Source: Limisphaerales bacterium (lineage in GTDB: Bacteria > Verrucomicrobiota > Verrucomicrobiia > Limisphaerales > AAA164-E04). Taken from it: DNA of 64,000 bases. The stretch spans positions 91,289 to 155,288 of the forward strand of contig OZ241891.1 in NCBI GenBank assembly GCA_965203425.1, read 5' to 3'. The notes beneath the pieces are model-generated. The model had not been told where the DNA came from. It made no database searches and saw nothing but the letters and a program-made list of their open reading frames with translations. The position numbers and the translations under genes were made by a program. Each line of letters opens with the position of its first letter. Position 1 is the stretch's first letter. Shown here in pieces: positions 27,372 to 36,800 of the stretch.

Positions 27372-28484
27372 GTGCTTTTGCTTCGCTTGGCGGTGAAGGA
27401 GAGACGGCCAAGTTGGTTGGAGAACGCCGCCGCGTTGCCGATAGCCTTCGCGCAAGTTCGGGAGGACGCGCTTCTAGATCAAGCGGTGATTAATGATTTA
27501 GGGGGAAAAACGCGCTTGATTATGGTGGCTTCCGGCGGTTGCACGGCGGCTTTATTGGCTTCGATGTCCCAAGTTCGTTCTCTGCGCGTTGTGGATACCA
27601 ACCCTGCCCAACTTGCCTTGACCAAGTTGAAACTCCGCTTGCTTATGGAGACGTCCGTTGAGAAACGGCTTCAGTTGCTGGGGCATCTTGGCATGCCGAC
27701 AGAGGCACGGCGGCAAAAGCTGAAAGCCCTCTTTTCAGAAATTGGCTTGGCGGAAAACGTTTTGGGGCCGATTTCTTTGGTTGCTCGATTGGGTCCGGAT
27801 CATGTCGGCCGTTACGAGCGAGTGTTTGCTGCCTTGCGCCTTGCCCTTGCCTCTTCTCAAACTGAATTGGACTCGCTCTTGTCTCTGTCCAACGTTGGCG
27901 AACAAATCCGGGCGGCGGCGCCTGAGTCTTTGCTGGGAAAACGCTTGGACGAAGCGTTGGAAAAGGTGATGTCGCTGCCGAATTTGGTTCGATTGTTTGG
28001 GGCAGAAGCGACGAACAATCCGCTTGCCCCGTTTTCCCGCCACTTTGCCCGCCGAATTCGCCGCGCGCTTGCGGAAGGGACGGCCTGCGACAATCCCTAT
28101 CTTTGGCAAATGCTAAAAGGGCGTTATCCCGCAGGCTGTTTTGCGCCGTGGTTTGCCTGCGCGACGCCGCAAACTTTCCCTGAAATTGCGTTCGTCAATA
28201 CTTCAATGGAACAAGCACTGGAATCGGCCAAAGAACCTTGCGACTTTATCCACCTCTCGAACATTCTGGACTGGCTTTCCCCAAAAGCGGCGGCTCGGAC
28301 GCTCCAACTTGCCGGGCGAGCATTGAAGCCGGGAGGTCGAATTTTCATCCGCCAACTCAACTCCGCTTTGGACGTTCGGCAAGCAGGGAGGATCTTTGAA
28401 TGGCTGGACGAAGAATCCGAAGTGTTGCATAAGAAGGATCGGAGCTTTTTCTACCGCGCCCTTCACTTGGGCAGAAAGAAATGA
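27372..28484 (+). CDS. DUF3419 / BtaA-like protein (SAM:diacylglycerol 3-amino-3-carboxypropyltransferase family)
   Basis: FAQVREDALLD, MVASGGCTAALLAS, FIHLSNILDWLSP, ALKPGGRIFIRQLNS. GTG start. Confidence 0.65.
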   Translation: MLLLRLAVKERRPSWLENAAALPIAFAQVREDALLDQAVINDLGGKTRLIMVASGGCTAALLASMSQVRSLRVVDTNPAQLALTKLKLRLLMETSVEKRLQLLGHLGMPTEARRQKLKALFSEIGLAENVLGPISLVARLGPDHVGRYERVFAALRLALASSQTELDSLLSLSNVGEQIRAAAPESLLGKRLDEALEKVMSLPNLVRLFGAEATNNPLAPFSRHFARRIRRALAEGTACDNPYLWQMLKGRYPAGCFAPWFACATPQTFPEIAFVNTSMEQALESAKEPCDFIHLSNILDWLSPKAAARTLQLAGRALKPGGRIFIRQLNSALDVRQAGRIFEWLDEESEVLHKKDRSFFYRALHLGRKK

Positions 28485-29461
28485 AAATTCACCTTCTCAC
28501 TGAAAAGCCGCCGCCCATGATGGCGCAAGCGCTGGCGCAATTCGAGCGGCAGTTTCGCTACCCCTTAGTAGATGAACGCTTTTTCAGAATCCATCACGGC
28601 GAGGATTATTCCCGTTTCTTTCGAGCTATGGGCAAAGGCGCCAGCTTTGTCGCAGAGCGAGGCGGGAACATCCTAGGCACAATCGGAGTCGCCCGCCGCC
28701 CATTGATTCTTCCCAATGGAAACATGAAAGACGTAGTTTATATCGGCGACGCTAAAATGGCGCCTGAAAATCGCGGCGGCAAAGTATTGTGGCGACTCCT
28801 TCAAGCGGTTCGAACTTGGACTCTTCGATGCGCAAACGCCGCCTACTCCGCAGTAATGAAGGGAACGCCAATTGTCCCTACCCGCTACACGGGAAGGCTT
28901 GGCATCGAACCGTTTGCCAAGCTGGCCGAAGTCCTCATCCTAAGAATCCCGGTCAAGAAGGCTTTTGTTCCCTTCCAAAGAGATTGGAAAATCGACGCGG
29001 CGACCGGATGGAATCTCTACCGGAAATTGACGCAAGGATCCGCTCGATGTATCGGAAGCAAACCCGACATGCGTTCCCTTTCGCCACCGCAATGGTTGGC
29101 GGCGCCAAATTGCCAAGCCGTCGGCCTGCTGGAAGACACTCGGCAAGCCAAACGGTTGCTGGAATCGCCCCGGCTTTTCTCCGGCAATTCCAACGACAGC
29201 AAGAGTTTGGAAATGCGTGTCTCGCATCTTTCTCATTGCGCAGGGTTGGAAGGAGACGATGGAATCGCTTTGTTGCAACAAGCGCTTTCGCTCTCGACAA
29301 AACGCGGCTTTGATGCCATGTTCACCGCGGCGTCTTTTGCAACGGCAGAAACCATCGTAGCCCGGATTGGTGACGAAGGGATCCTTCGGGCTTGCGCCGA
29401 CATCTACGGCGCTGGACTAGACGCTGGAATGGTTTGGAACCTCAACACATCAGAGATTTGA
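28481..29461 (+). CDS. Hypothetical protein, GNAT/acyl-CoA N-acyltransferase-like N-terminal half
   Basis: A 4-nt overlap with the upstream gene. The FVAERGGNILGTIGVA ... VVYIGDAKMAPENRGG pattern resembles a GNAT core. This is a weak call. Confidence 0.4.
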   Translation: MKIHLLTEKPPPMMAQALAQFERQFRYPLVDERFFRIHHGEDYSRFFRAMGKGASFVAERGGNILGTIGVARRPLILPNGNMKDVVYIGDAKMAPENRGGKVLWRLLQAVRTWTLRCANAAYSAVMKGTPIVPTRYTGRLGIEPFAKLAEVLILRIPVKKAFVPFQRDWKIDAATGWNLYRKLTQGSARCIGSKPDMRSLSPPQWLAAPNCQAVGLLEDTRQAKRLLESPRLFSGNSNDSKSLEMRVSHLSHCAGLEGDDGIALLQQALSLSTKRGFDAMFTAASFATAETIVARIGDEGILRACADIYGAGLDAGMVWNLNTSEI

Positions 29462-29463
29462 CT

Positions 29464-30174
29464 ATGGACGAAGAAAATTGCGCACCCAACGTTGTTGCGC
29501 ACGCGGATCGTGTATTGCAACGAATCGACATCCTCAACAACAACTACTTGACCGCTTTGAAAGACGGCTCCATGTCTTTGGACCGCTTCCGAAAAACCCA
29601 AGAACAATTCTTCTTTGCCGTTACCTTTTTCCCTCGGCCAATGGCCGCCCTAGTGGGGCGCATCCCCAACCCAACTCAACGTTTAGACATTCTTCGCAAC
29701 CTAGTGGAAGAACACGGCGAGTTTGACGAAAAAGCTTTTCATCACTCTACCTTCCAGCAATTTCTTCGCTCCGTCGGAAGTGATCCAGAAACACTTGACG
29801 AGCTCTTTGTCTCGCCGGCCGTCCGGGCCTTCAACAGCGTATTGATTGCCTCCTGCGTTCTGGACGAAATCGAAGTGGGCATCGCCTGTTTGGGAATCAT
29901 CGAATACGCCTTTGCAGGCATTTCGGCTGTCATTGGAAAGGCCGTAGTCGATCGCGGCTGGGTGCGTTCGGAAAACCTCGCGCACTATAAACTGCATGCC
30001 GAAATCGATAAACGCCATGCGGCGGAATTTTTTGCAGTTATCGAGCCCCTCTGGCCGGAAAAACAGAAGCGTTACTATATCCAACAAGGACTCGACCTAG
30101 GAGGCTATATCTTTGACCGCCTCTACCGAGATATGCTCGACGCGGCCGAGAAAGCAAACAAGCCCCGACGGTAA
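29464..30174 (+). CDS. Heme-oxygenase-like fold / iron-containing redox enzyme family protein
   Basis: Start at MDEENC (ATG 29464, 2 nt after the upstream stop). All-helical, with LVEEHGE..H and KLHAEIDKRHA pairs typical of TenA/PqqC/HO-like di-iron folds. Confidence 0.5.
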   Translation: MDEENCAPNVVAHADRVLQRIDILNNNYLTALKDGSMSLDRFRKTQEQFFFAVTFFPRPMAALVGRIPNPTQRLDILRNLVEEHGEFDEKAFHHSTFQQFLRSVGSDPETLDELFVSPAVRAFNSVLIASCVLDEIEVGIACLGIIEYAFAGISAVIGKAVVDRGWVRSENLAHYKLHAEIDKRHAAEFFAVIEPLWPEKQKRYYIQQGLDLGGYIFDRLYRDMLDAAEKANKPRR

Positions 30175-30417
30175 AAAGAATAGTAATCAGAAAAATATCA
30201 CCATGCGCTTTCTATCCTCGCACAATGAAAAACTCCGCAAGGCAAGACGCAAAACGATCATATAATATATTTTCATCAATCTTTTCATAAATAGAATTAT
30301 AGATAACTAAATAATAGGGAAGAAAAGTAGAAAGTTTATCAGGCATTTCTGAGGAATAGAAATGGAAACCTGCAAAGAAATCCCTTGTATAAAGCGCTTT
30401 TAAAAACCTATAAAAAT

Positions 30418-31686
30418 TTAGATCTCCGCTACCGGCGCGGCGTTTTCGCATATAACTAGAGACATGCGTTCCACTTCGGCTTGAGGCATTTCAAGGTAAA
30501 ACGGCAGAAAAACAATTTCCTCCAGCAAGCGTTGCGCCCGCGCGGGTTCCAAGTCGGGACGGCCTTGCGGCGCCTTCACGGTCGTCATGCTGCCGTGTGT
30601 GCAGGCGTCAAAACCGCAACGACGCAACGACGCAAGCGTGCGCTTCGGATTGCCCACGCGTATGGGAAACAGATCAAAAGCATGCCTCTCGGCATCCTTG
30701 CCGGCTGTCGGAAACTTTGCGCCTAGCCGCGCCGCCAATTCTAGGCCTCGCTTCCGTTGGTCGTTCGCCCGGTCAGGGGAAAATCGACGCAACCGACGCG
30801 CCAGCAAATCCGTCAACGGAGCGCAAGGAATCTGCCGCAGTTGGCGAAGAAACTGCGATTCTTCAAAGCCGCGCACTTGCTTTTTAAGCCAAGCGTCATA
30901 ATCGATGCCCGCCCAAGTTAATGCATGCGCCAATGCCGAGAAGGGCAAGCGGCCTCCAAGCGCCTTCAATGCGGAATACTTGACCAGACGAAGCAGATAA
31001 CGTCGGCGAGGCTGTTTCGCGTAACGGCTCTGGATAACCCGCATTCGCTCCGCCAAATCGGCATCGCGCACGGTCAACACCGCCCCGCCCAGCGCCGTCG
31101 CCATTTTGATTGCGCCAAAGCTGTGCATAGCGACGTCGCATTGCGGCGGCATGGCGAAGGGGACGCCGTCGAAGGCTTGGGCGCGGTCTTCTACAACCAA
31201 CAATCCACGTTGGCGGGCCAGCGCGTTCAGTTCGGCAAGGTTTAGGCGGGCGCCAAAAAGATGCGCCGTTACCAAAACGCAAGTCTGCGGCGTGATGGCT
31301 TGGCGAACGGCTTCAATTGTCGGACACAAGCCGTCTCCGTCCACGTCCAAAGGCACGGGTTTTAAGCCGTTTTCTTCCACAACCCGCATCATGCCCGGCA
31401 CGTTAAGTGCGCTCATCAGCACTTCGCTTCCCTTGGGAAGACGGAGCGCCTGCAACAACAGATCAAAACCAGTGCGAACAGAAAGACACATGATCGCATG
31501 CCCGTCGATTGTCCACAATGACTCGATGCGTTTTGAACGACCTCCGCCCGGCCAAAAACAGCGGAAACCTCCATAGCAGAAGTCGCTCCAAGAAATGTCC
31601 AGCCGTTTGCGCGGCCACAAGAGCTTCCGTCTTCGGCCGCCATTGCTTTCTTGCGGGAGTTGCCGCGTTGGAGATGGTTTTGGCAT
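30418..31686 (-). CDS. DegT/DnrJ/EryC1/StrS-family PLP-dependent aminotransferase
   Basis: GSEVLMSALNVPGMMRVV, LVTAHLFGARLNL, LLVVEDRAQAFDG, and HSFGAIKMATALGG (candidate PLP lysine). Confidence 0.75.
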   Translation of the reverse strand: MPKPSPTRQLPQESNGGRRRKLLWPRKRLDISWSDFCYGGFRCFWPGGGRSKRIESLWTIDGHAIMCLSVRTGFDLLLQALRLPKGSEVLMSALNVPGMMRVVEENGLKPVPLDVDGDGLCPTIEAVRQAITPQTCVLVTAHLFGARLNLAELNALARQRGLLVVEDRAQAFDGVPFAMPPQCDVAMHSFGAIKMATALGGAVLTVRDADLAERMRVIQSRYAKQPRRRYLLRLVKYSALKALGGRLPFSALAHALTWAGIDYDAWLKKQVRGFEESQFLRQLRQIPCAPLTDLLARRLRRFSPDRANDQRKRGLELAARLGAKFPTAGKDAERHAFDLFPIRVGNPKRTLASLRRCGFDACTHGSMTTVKAPQGRPDLEPARAQRLLEEIVFLPFYLEMPQAEVERMSLVICENAAPVAEI

Positions 31687-31818
31687 AGCGCGTTGTTTCC
31701 GCTTGAGAAAGGATAAACTATTTTACACGGTGCGGCAACCATTTCTAGTTTTTCAACAGCGACGGCGCCGGACAAGAAAAACTGGCAAGTTGTATTCGAT
31801 TCTATTATTTTACTTGCA

Positions 31819-33897
31819 ATGCATCCGATGGTAGAGAAGGAAAAGTTTTACCGGGAGAGAATTAAGAGCATCCCCGATAGCGAGAGGCAAAGAGCGGGCG
31901 CGCTGTTGCGTTGCGTGCCGGATCGGACGGAGTGGGAAGAGTTGCAACAAATGCTGAAGAATTCTCCGTGGGCTATGGAACCCATGGCGCAGCTGGGCAA
32001 TCCCTTTCCATATCTTTTGCTGGTGCTATATGCGGGAGTGGCGTTTCACGAGTATAAAGACGCCACCTTTTGGACGCAGTTTTGCAGGGTAGTGGGATTG
32101 AGTTCTCTCTCCCCAAATCGTAAGCAGAAACTAAATGATAATTTTGATCGGGCGGCGAAGGCTTCCAAGCTTCATGATATTATCAAAACTGCCGGCGGTT
32201 GTTCTTTTGTCGGCACGGCGGTGTTTTTCATCGGCGTTCCCGTTTCTCTTTGGGATGAATTTTTGATCGTCTGCGAGTGGGCTTTATATTGTAAAGATTG
32301 GAAGAATTTATCCGACGATCAATGGCGAGAGGAACTGGAAAAGCACTTTGGCCGATGGAAGCGTTTGTTGAAATTTTTAAAAGAGAATCGAAAGGCGGCC
32401 GCAGGATTCATCCAAGAAATGCTGGACGCCCGCAAGATGCTGTCGGAGGACGACCAACTGAAGCTGTCGGACATCCGCCAAGCCAGTATTTTGCGCCCTG
32501 AATATTTTGAAGAAGTGCCGGAAACAGCGGAGTTTCTCCGTCCAAACGATCCAGAATCCCTACTGCATCACCGACCGAGATTGCATTGGCTCGACAATCG
32601 GATTGCCATTCACTTGCCTCCTGTTTTCGAAGATGGCGCCTCTTGGCATTTTGGCGAGGAAACACAACCGGCAAGCAATGTCGCAACGGAATTTCCCATC
32701 CACCGCAAAGCCTTTCAAGAGCAGTTGACCATCCAACTTCAATCTAGTCAAACCACAAAGTCCTTCCGCATTCCGGGGCTGCATCCCTTCGGGTTGTGGG
32801 ATGAAGAATCCAATCGCTTTGTGAACCCAAATCGCGCCCGCCTGCCGGTGCGCTCTTATATGTTGGTCTCGCTGAAAGAGTTGAAAATTGATGGGAAGGG
32901 CTGGGCCAAAGACGATGAAGAAGAAACGGAAAATGCGCCGCTTTTGCTGAAAGACAATGCTCAAGTGTTTGTGACCAGCCTTTTCCCGGTAGTTGATCGC
33001 CCGAAGTTGAAAGTCGAAGGACACAAAATTGAGTTTTGGCGGCGGGAGAGCGTAAAACTTCGGCTTTACTCCGGCAGTGAAAACTCTTATGCGTGCCGCT
33101 TTTTACTTCGGGAAAATTTGCCTATCCAAATCGAGGGGAGTCCTTATTTAGTTCTTGAAATCCCCGAAGGGTTTGTTGAAGATGACGACGATCTTCGCAA
33201 TCGAGAATTTAAGGTTTTAGTGGACGGAAAACCTGCTCTGGGAAAGTGGCGGTTTTTTCACGACTACGATGGCAAAGAAACAAAATGGGAATATTACGAA
33301 TATCGTATGGATTTGTCGAAAAGTTCATCTGCGTCCATACCACTCGGCGAGCATACTATTCAAGTTCACTCTCGGCGTGCCGGCGTCATTCCGCTGGGCA
33401 AAGAAAAAGAGTTTCGTGTGAACATCATAGAACCGTTAGAAGAAGACTGTTGGCCAAAACCTTGGCGAATGGAAAAATACTTGTTATGGGTCGTCCTCTC
33501 GCAAATTCAAAACGAAGCCACTTGGGAAAACTTCTGGATTGCTCGCCAATCTGTGGTCGGACTCGCACATGTGGATTTTAACCAAAATGATTTTAGGAAA
33601 CTCGAAGAACACGATTACATCTCCCGTTGCCACGGTCGATTTGAAATTTTAAAAAGTTGCATGGTTTTTAAGCCAATACAAAAGAATCAATTTACGGCTT
33701 ATTACTGCGGTTTAGTCAATCGCCTGCACGCAATAGTGCGCAAGTTTCCACCAATAAAGATGATTGAGGCCAAGCAAGAACGCGGCTTTCCCGCGCATTT
33801 GGAAATTCAATGGCCGCGAAACTACCGGTCGTCTATTCGTAACATTTGTCAGAGAGAAAACATTAAAATTAAACAACACAGCTTATGGAACCATTGA
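31819..33897 (+). CDS. Hypothetical 692-aa protein, partner of the giant helicase (no recognisable domain)
   Basis: Long intact ORF overlapping the downstream helicase gene by 13 nt. No catalytic motif that I can name. More AT-rich than the flanking genes. Confidence 0.8.
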   Translation: MHPMVEKEKFYRERIKSIPDSERQRAGALLRCVPDRTEWEELQQMLKNSPWAMEPMAQLGNPFPYLLLVLYAGVAFHEYKDATFWTQFCRVVGLSSLSPNRKQKLNDNFDRAAKASKLHDIIKTAGGCSFVGTAVFFIGVPVSLWDEFLIVCEWALYCKDWKNLSDDQWREELEKHFGRWKRLLKFLKENRKAAAGFIQEMLDARKMLSEDDQLKLSDIRQASILRPEYFEEVPETAEFLRPNDPESLLHHRPRLHWLDNRIAIHLPPVFEDGASWHFGEETQPASNVATEFPIHRKAFQEQLTIQLQSSQTTKSFRIPGLHPFGLWDEESNRFVNPNRARLPVRSYMLVSLKELKIDGKGWAKDDEEETENAPLLLKDNAQVFVTSLFPVVDRPKLKVEGHKIEFWRRESVKLRLYSGSENSYACRFLLRENLPIQIEGSPYLVLEIPEGFVEDDDDLRNREFKVLVDGKPALGKWRFFHDYDGKETKWEYYEYRMDLSKSSSASIPLGEHTIQVHSRRAGVIPLGKEKEFRVNIIEPLEEDCWPKPWRMEKYLLWVVLSQIQNEATWENFWIARQSVVGLAHVDFNQNDFRKLEEHDYISRCHGRFEILKSCMVFKPIQKNQFTAYYCGLVNRLHAIVRKFPPIKMIEAKQERGFPAHLEIQWPRNYRSSIRNICQRENIKIKQHSLWNH

Positions 33898-36800
33898 CAA
33901 GCCGTTTTACAAAAGAGGTTTTCAATCCCTACTTGGAATTGCTGAAATCTAATTATCGCTTTCATAGAAAGTTCGAGCACGCCCGCCGATCTTGGAAAGA
34001 CAAACTCACCAAACAGGAACTGGTGCGCGGCCCCTACCTAGAAAAGTCGCAAAGCTATAAGAAAGGTGAGCCGCTGGAAAATCTGGGGCTTCACCCCCAA
34101 ACCGCCGCAACTATTCAGTCTCGCCTTGGCAAAGGCAGTCTTTACCAACACCAAACCGAGGCGGTTCGCCTTGTCCTTGACGGGCAAAACGCTCTCATTT
34201 CCACAGGCACCAGCAGCGGCAAAACCCTTTGCTACCAAATTCCAATTCTGGACGACTTGATTCGCGATCCATCGCCCGGACTTCGCGCTGTGATTATTTA
34301 TCCGCGCAACGCGCTGGTGAACGACCAACTCTGGGAATGGAAAGAGATTCTGCAAAAACATCGCGACATTACTTTTGCCCGTTTCACCGGACAAACGCCG
34401 ACCTCACAGGAAAAATACGAAGAACGGTTGCGAGAACAAATTAGGCAAGAGTTGGAAGAGCGAGATCCGGGACTGAAAGAGTCTGAACTCCAGAGCAAGA
34501 TGGAGAACGAGTTGGCGGACCGTTTGGAGAAGGATCCAAAAAATCGCCTCAATCATCGCGACGATATTCGTCAAAAACCGCCGCACATTTTGATTACAAA
34601 TTTTTCCATGTTGGAATATTTGCTGGAGCGACCGGTAGACGCGCCCATCTTTGAAAATGCCCAACTTCGCTTTTTGGTGCTGGACGAAATCCATGCATAC
34701 CGCGGCATTCAATCGACGGAAATTGCGTTCCTCATCCGCCGTTTAAAAGAACGTTTGGGGCCAAAGCAACTTGCCTGCATCAGCACTTCGGCCACCATTG
34801 GCAACAAAACAAAGGAAAGCGGCAACAAAGCGCGAAAGTTCGCCGCTGATATTTTTGGCGAGCCGTTTGTTGAGCCTAATCCAATTCGCGGCACACCCGC
34901 AGAATTAAAGTTGCACTCGCCATCGCATTGCCCAAGCCCCACGCAGTATTGCGAAGCGGCCAATGCATTGCGCGCCGGCAAATCGACGCAAGAAGTTTTG
35001 AAGAATCTGGGACTTTGCGGAGAAGGGGACGATTTGGCCGATGCTTTTGAGCGCGACAAAAACTTGCACCGACTGCGAGCCGAGATTCTCACAAAACCAA
35101 CCTTGCTGACGGATGCGGCGGAGAAACTTTTCCCAAAACCAGAAAAAGAAAAAGCCTCAACATCTTTGCAATCTATGTTGGAACTTGTGGCTAACAGTGG
35201 AGAAGACAACCAAAACCTTCTGCCGACGCGCCTGCACTACTTTGTGCGGGCGCAAGGGGGTTTGCATCTCTGCCTGCGAAGCGATTGTTCGGGACGCAAG
35301 GGAAACGACCCCGCATTTTTTGTGTCGCGGCAGAACCGCCAAACTTCGAGCGGCGAGGAAACTTCGAATTGTCCCGAAGGGCATTGCCCGGATTGCTATG
35401 AAAGCGGGCAAGAATCCCGGTTGGTGGAAACCGTTTCATGCCGCAAGTGCGGCTATCTTTACGGCGCTTTGCAAGACCTTGGCCCGCGTAGGGCGCAAAA
35501 TCCCGGCAATCTGTCGGACGAAATCGAACCGTCCTTTGATTCGTTCAGCACGGAACTCGGTTGGGCGGCGGATTCGTTTTGGTCATATTTCAGCGTGGAG
35601 AACGACTTGCCTTTTCCAAAAACCAACAGCATCGACGAGGAAGATGTAGACTCCGCAAAGCTGTTGGAATCACCGGCAAAAATTGAGTGGTGCGCTTGCT
35701 GCGGCAAGAAGAAGGCTTCCGCCGGCGATTATTGCCGCTGCGAGACGCCGCATTTTCGCCAAATTCAAGTTTTCCACCGCCAATGCGACGAAAAAGAAAC
35801 GGTCAATCTTTACATGCAGACAAAGAAACCCTTGCTTTATTGTCCGAATTGCGGCGCGCGCAGCAACGCATCGGGCATTGAGCCGGTTCAGCGTTTTCAA
35901 GAATCGGAGGACGAAACCGGTTTGGCGATGGCGATTCCATTGGCGCACTTCCAAGTTTCGCCAAAGGCGAATGAAAACAAAAGACCGCCTCGGAAGTTGC
36001 TCTGCTTCACGGATCATCGCCAGCGGGCGGCCGCTTTTCCGTCTCTGCTGGAAGAAGAGACGTTCACGCATGATCTCGGACGCAAAATCGTTCGCATTGC
36101 GCGCAAGTTTAGCGGCAAAGATTTGAAAGTGGCGGATTTGGGACTTCGGCTGTTTGATGCATCTCGCCGCGATATTCATGGCGTCGGCAACCCGGATTAC
36201 GATCCTGATTTCTTTTTGCCGGTTTCGCGTTTTCCCGATGGTTATGATGCCAATGCGCGGGATAGTTTGCAGAAACAAGAAAATCTTTGGATCGGTGAAT
36301 CCTTGAGTTATTTCGGCATTCCGGATTCTGCCCGTGAGTCAGCGGAAGACTTGGGCTTAGTTGCAGTGGAATATGGAATTGAGGAAAAGGAACTGGCCGC
36401 GTTCCACAATCTCTTCAAAGGCTTTGGCTTGGACAGAAACGCCGCTGCTGCCGCTTTGCAAATCTTGCTGGGTTATCTTCGTCAAAGAAAGGCGTTCACT
36501 TTGCCGCCGGAGCGCGTTTCTCCCTATGACGCGGCTTTTGGCAGAGTTGGCGGCATTATCGCGTATGATCTGAAGACCGCCGGCAAATCTGTCCAAGGAT
36601 GGTTGTTGACCCAGAAAGGCAAACTTCGCAACAACTTCATCACCAGTTTTTTGCAGAGGCTCACAGGATTAAAAGACGAATCTTTGCGCCAATGCGGCGA
36701 GAAAGTTTGGCAGTTCCTGACTGGCGAAGGATTGCTCCAGAGAATTATCAATCCTCGCGCGTGGCAACTGGATTACGAGCGCATCATCGTCAAGCCGGCA

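Noticed and set aside
30212-30451. 79-aa minus-strand ORF in the AT-rich spacer after the heme-oxygenase-like gene
   Set aside because: It overlaps the 3' end of the aminotransferase gene. The F/Y/I-rich sequence reflects AT-rich DNA, and it has no motif.
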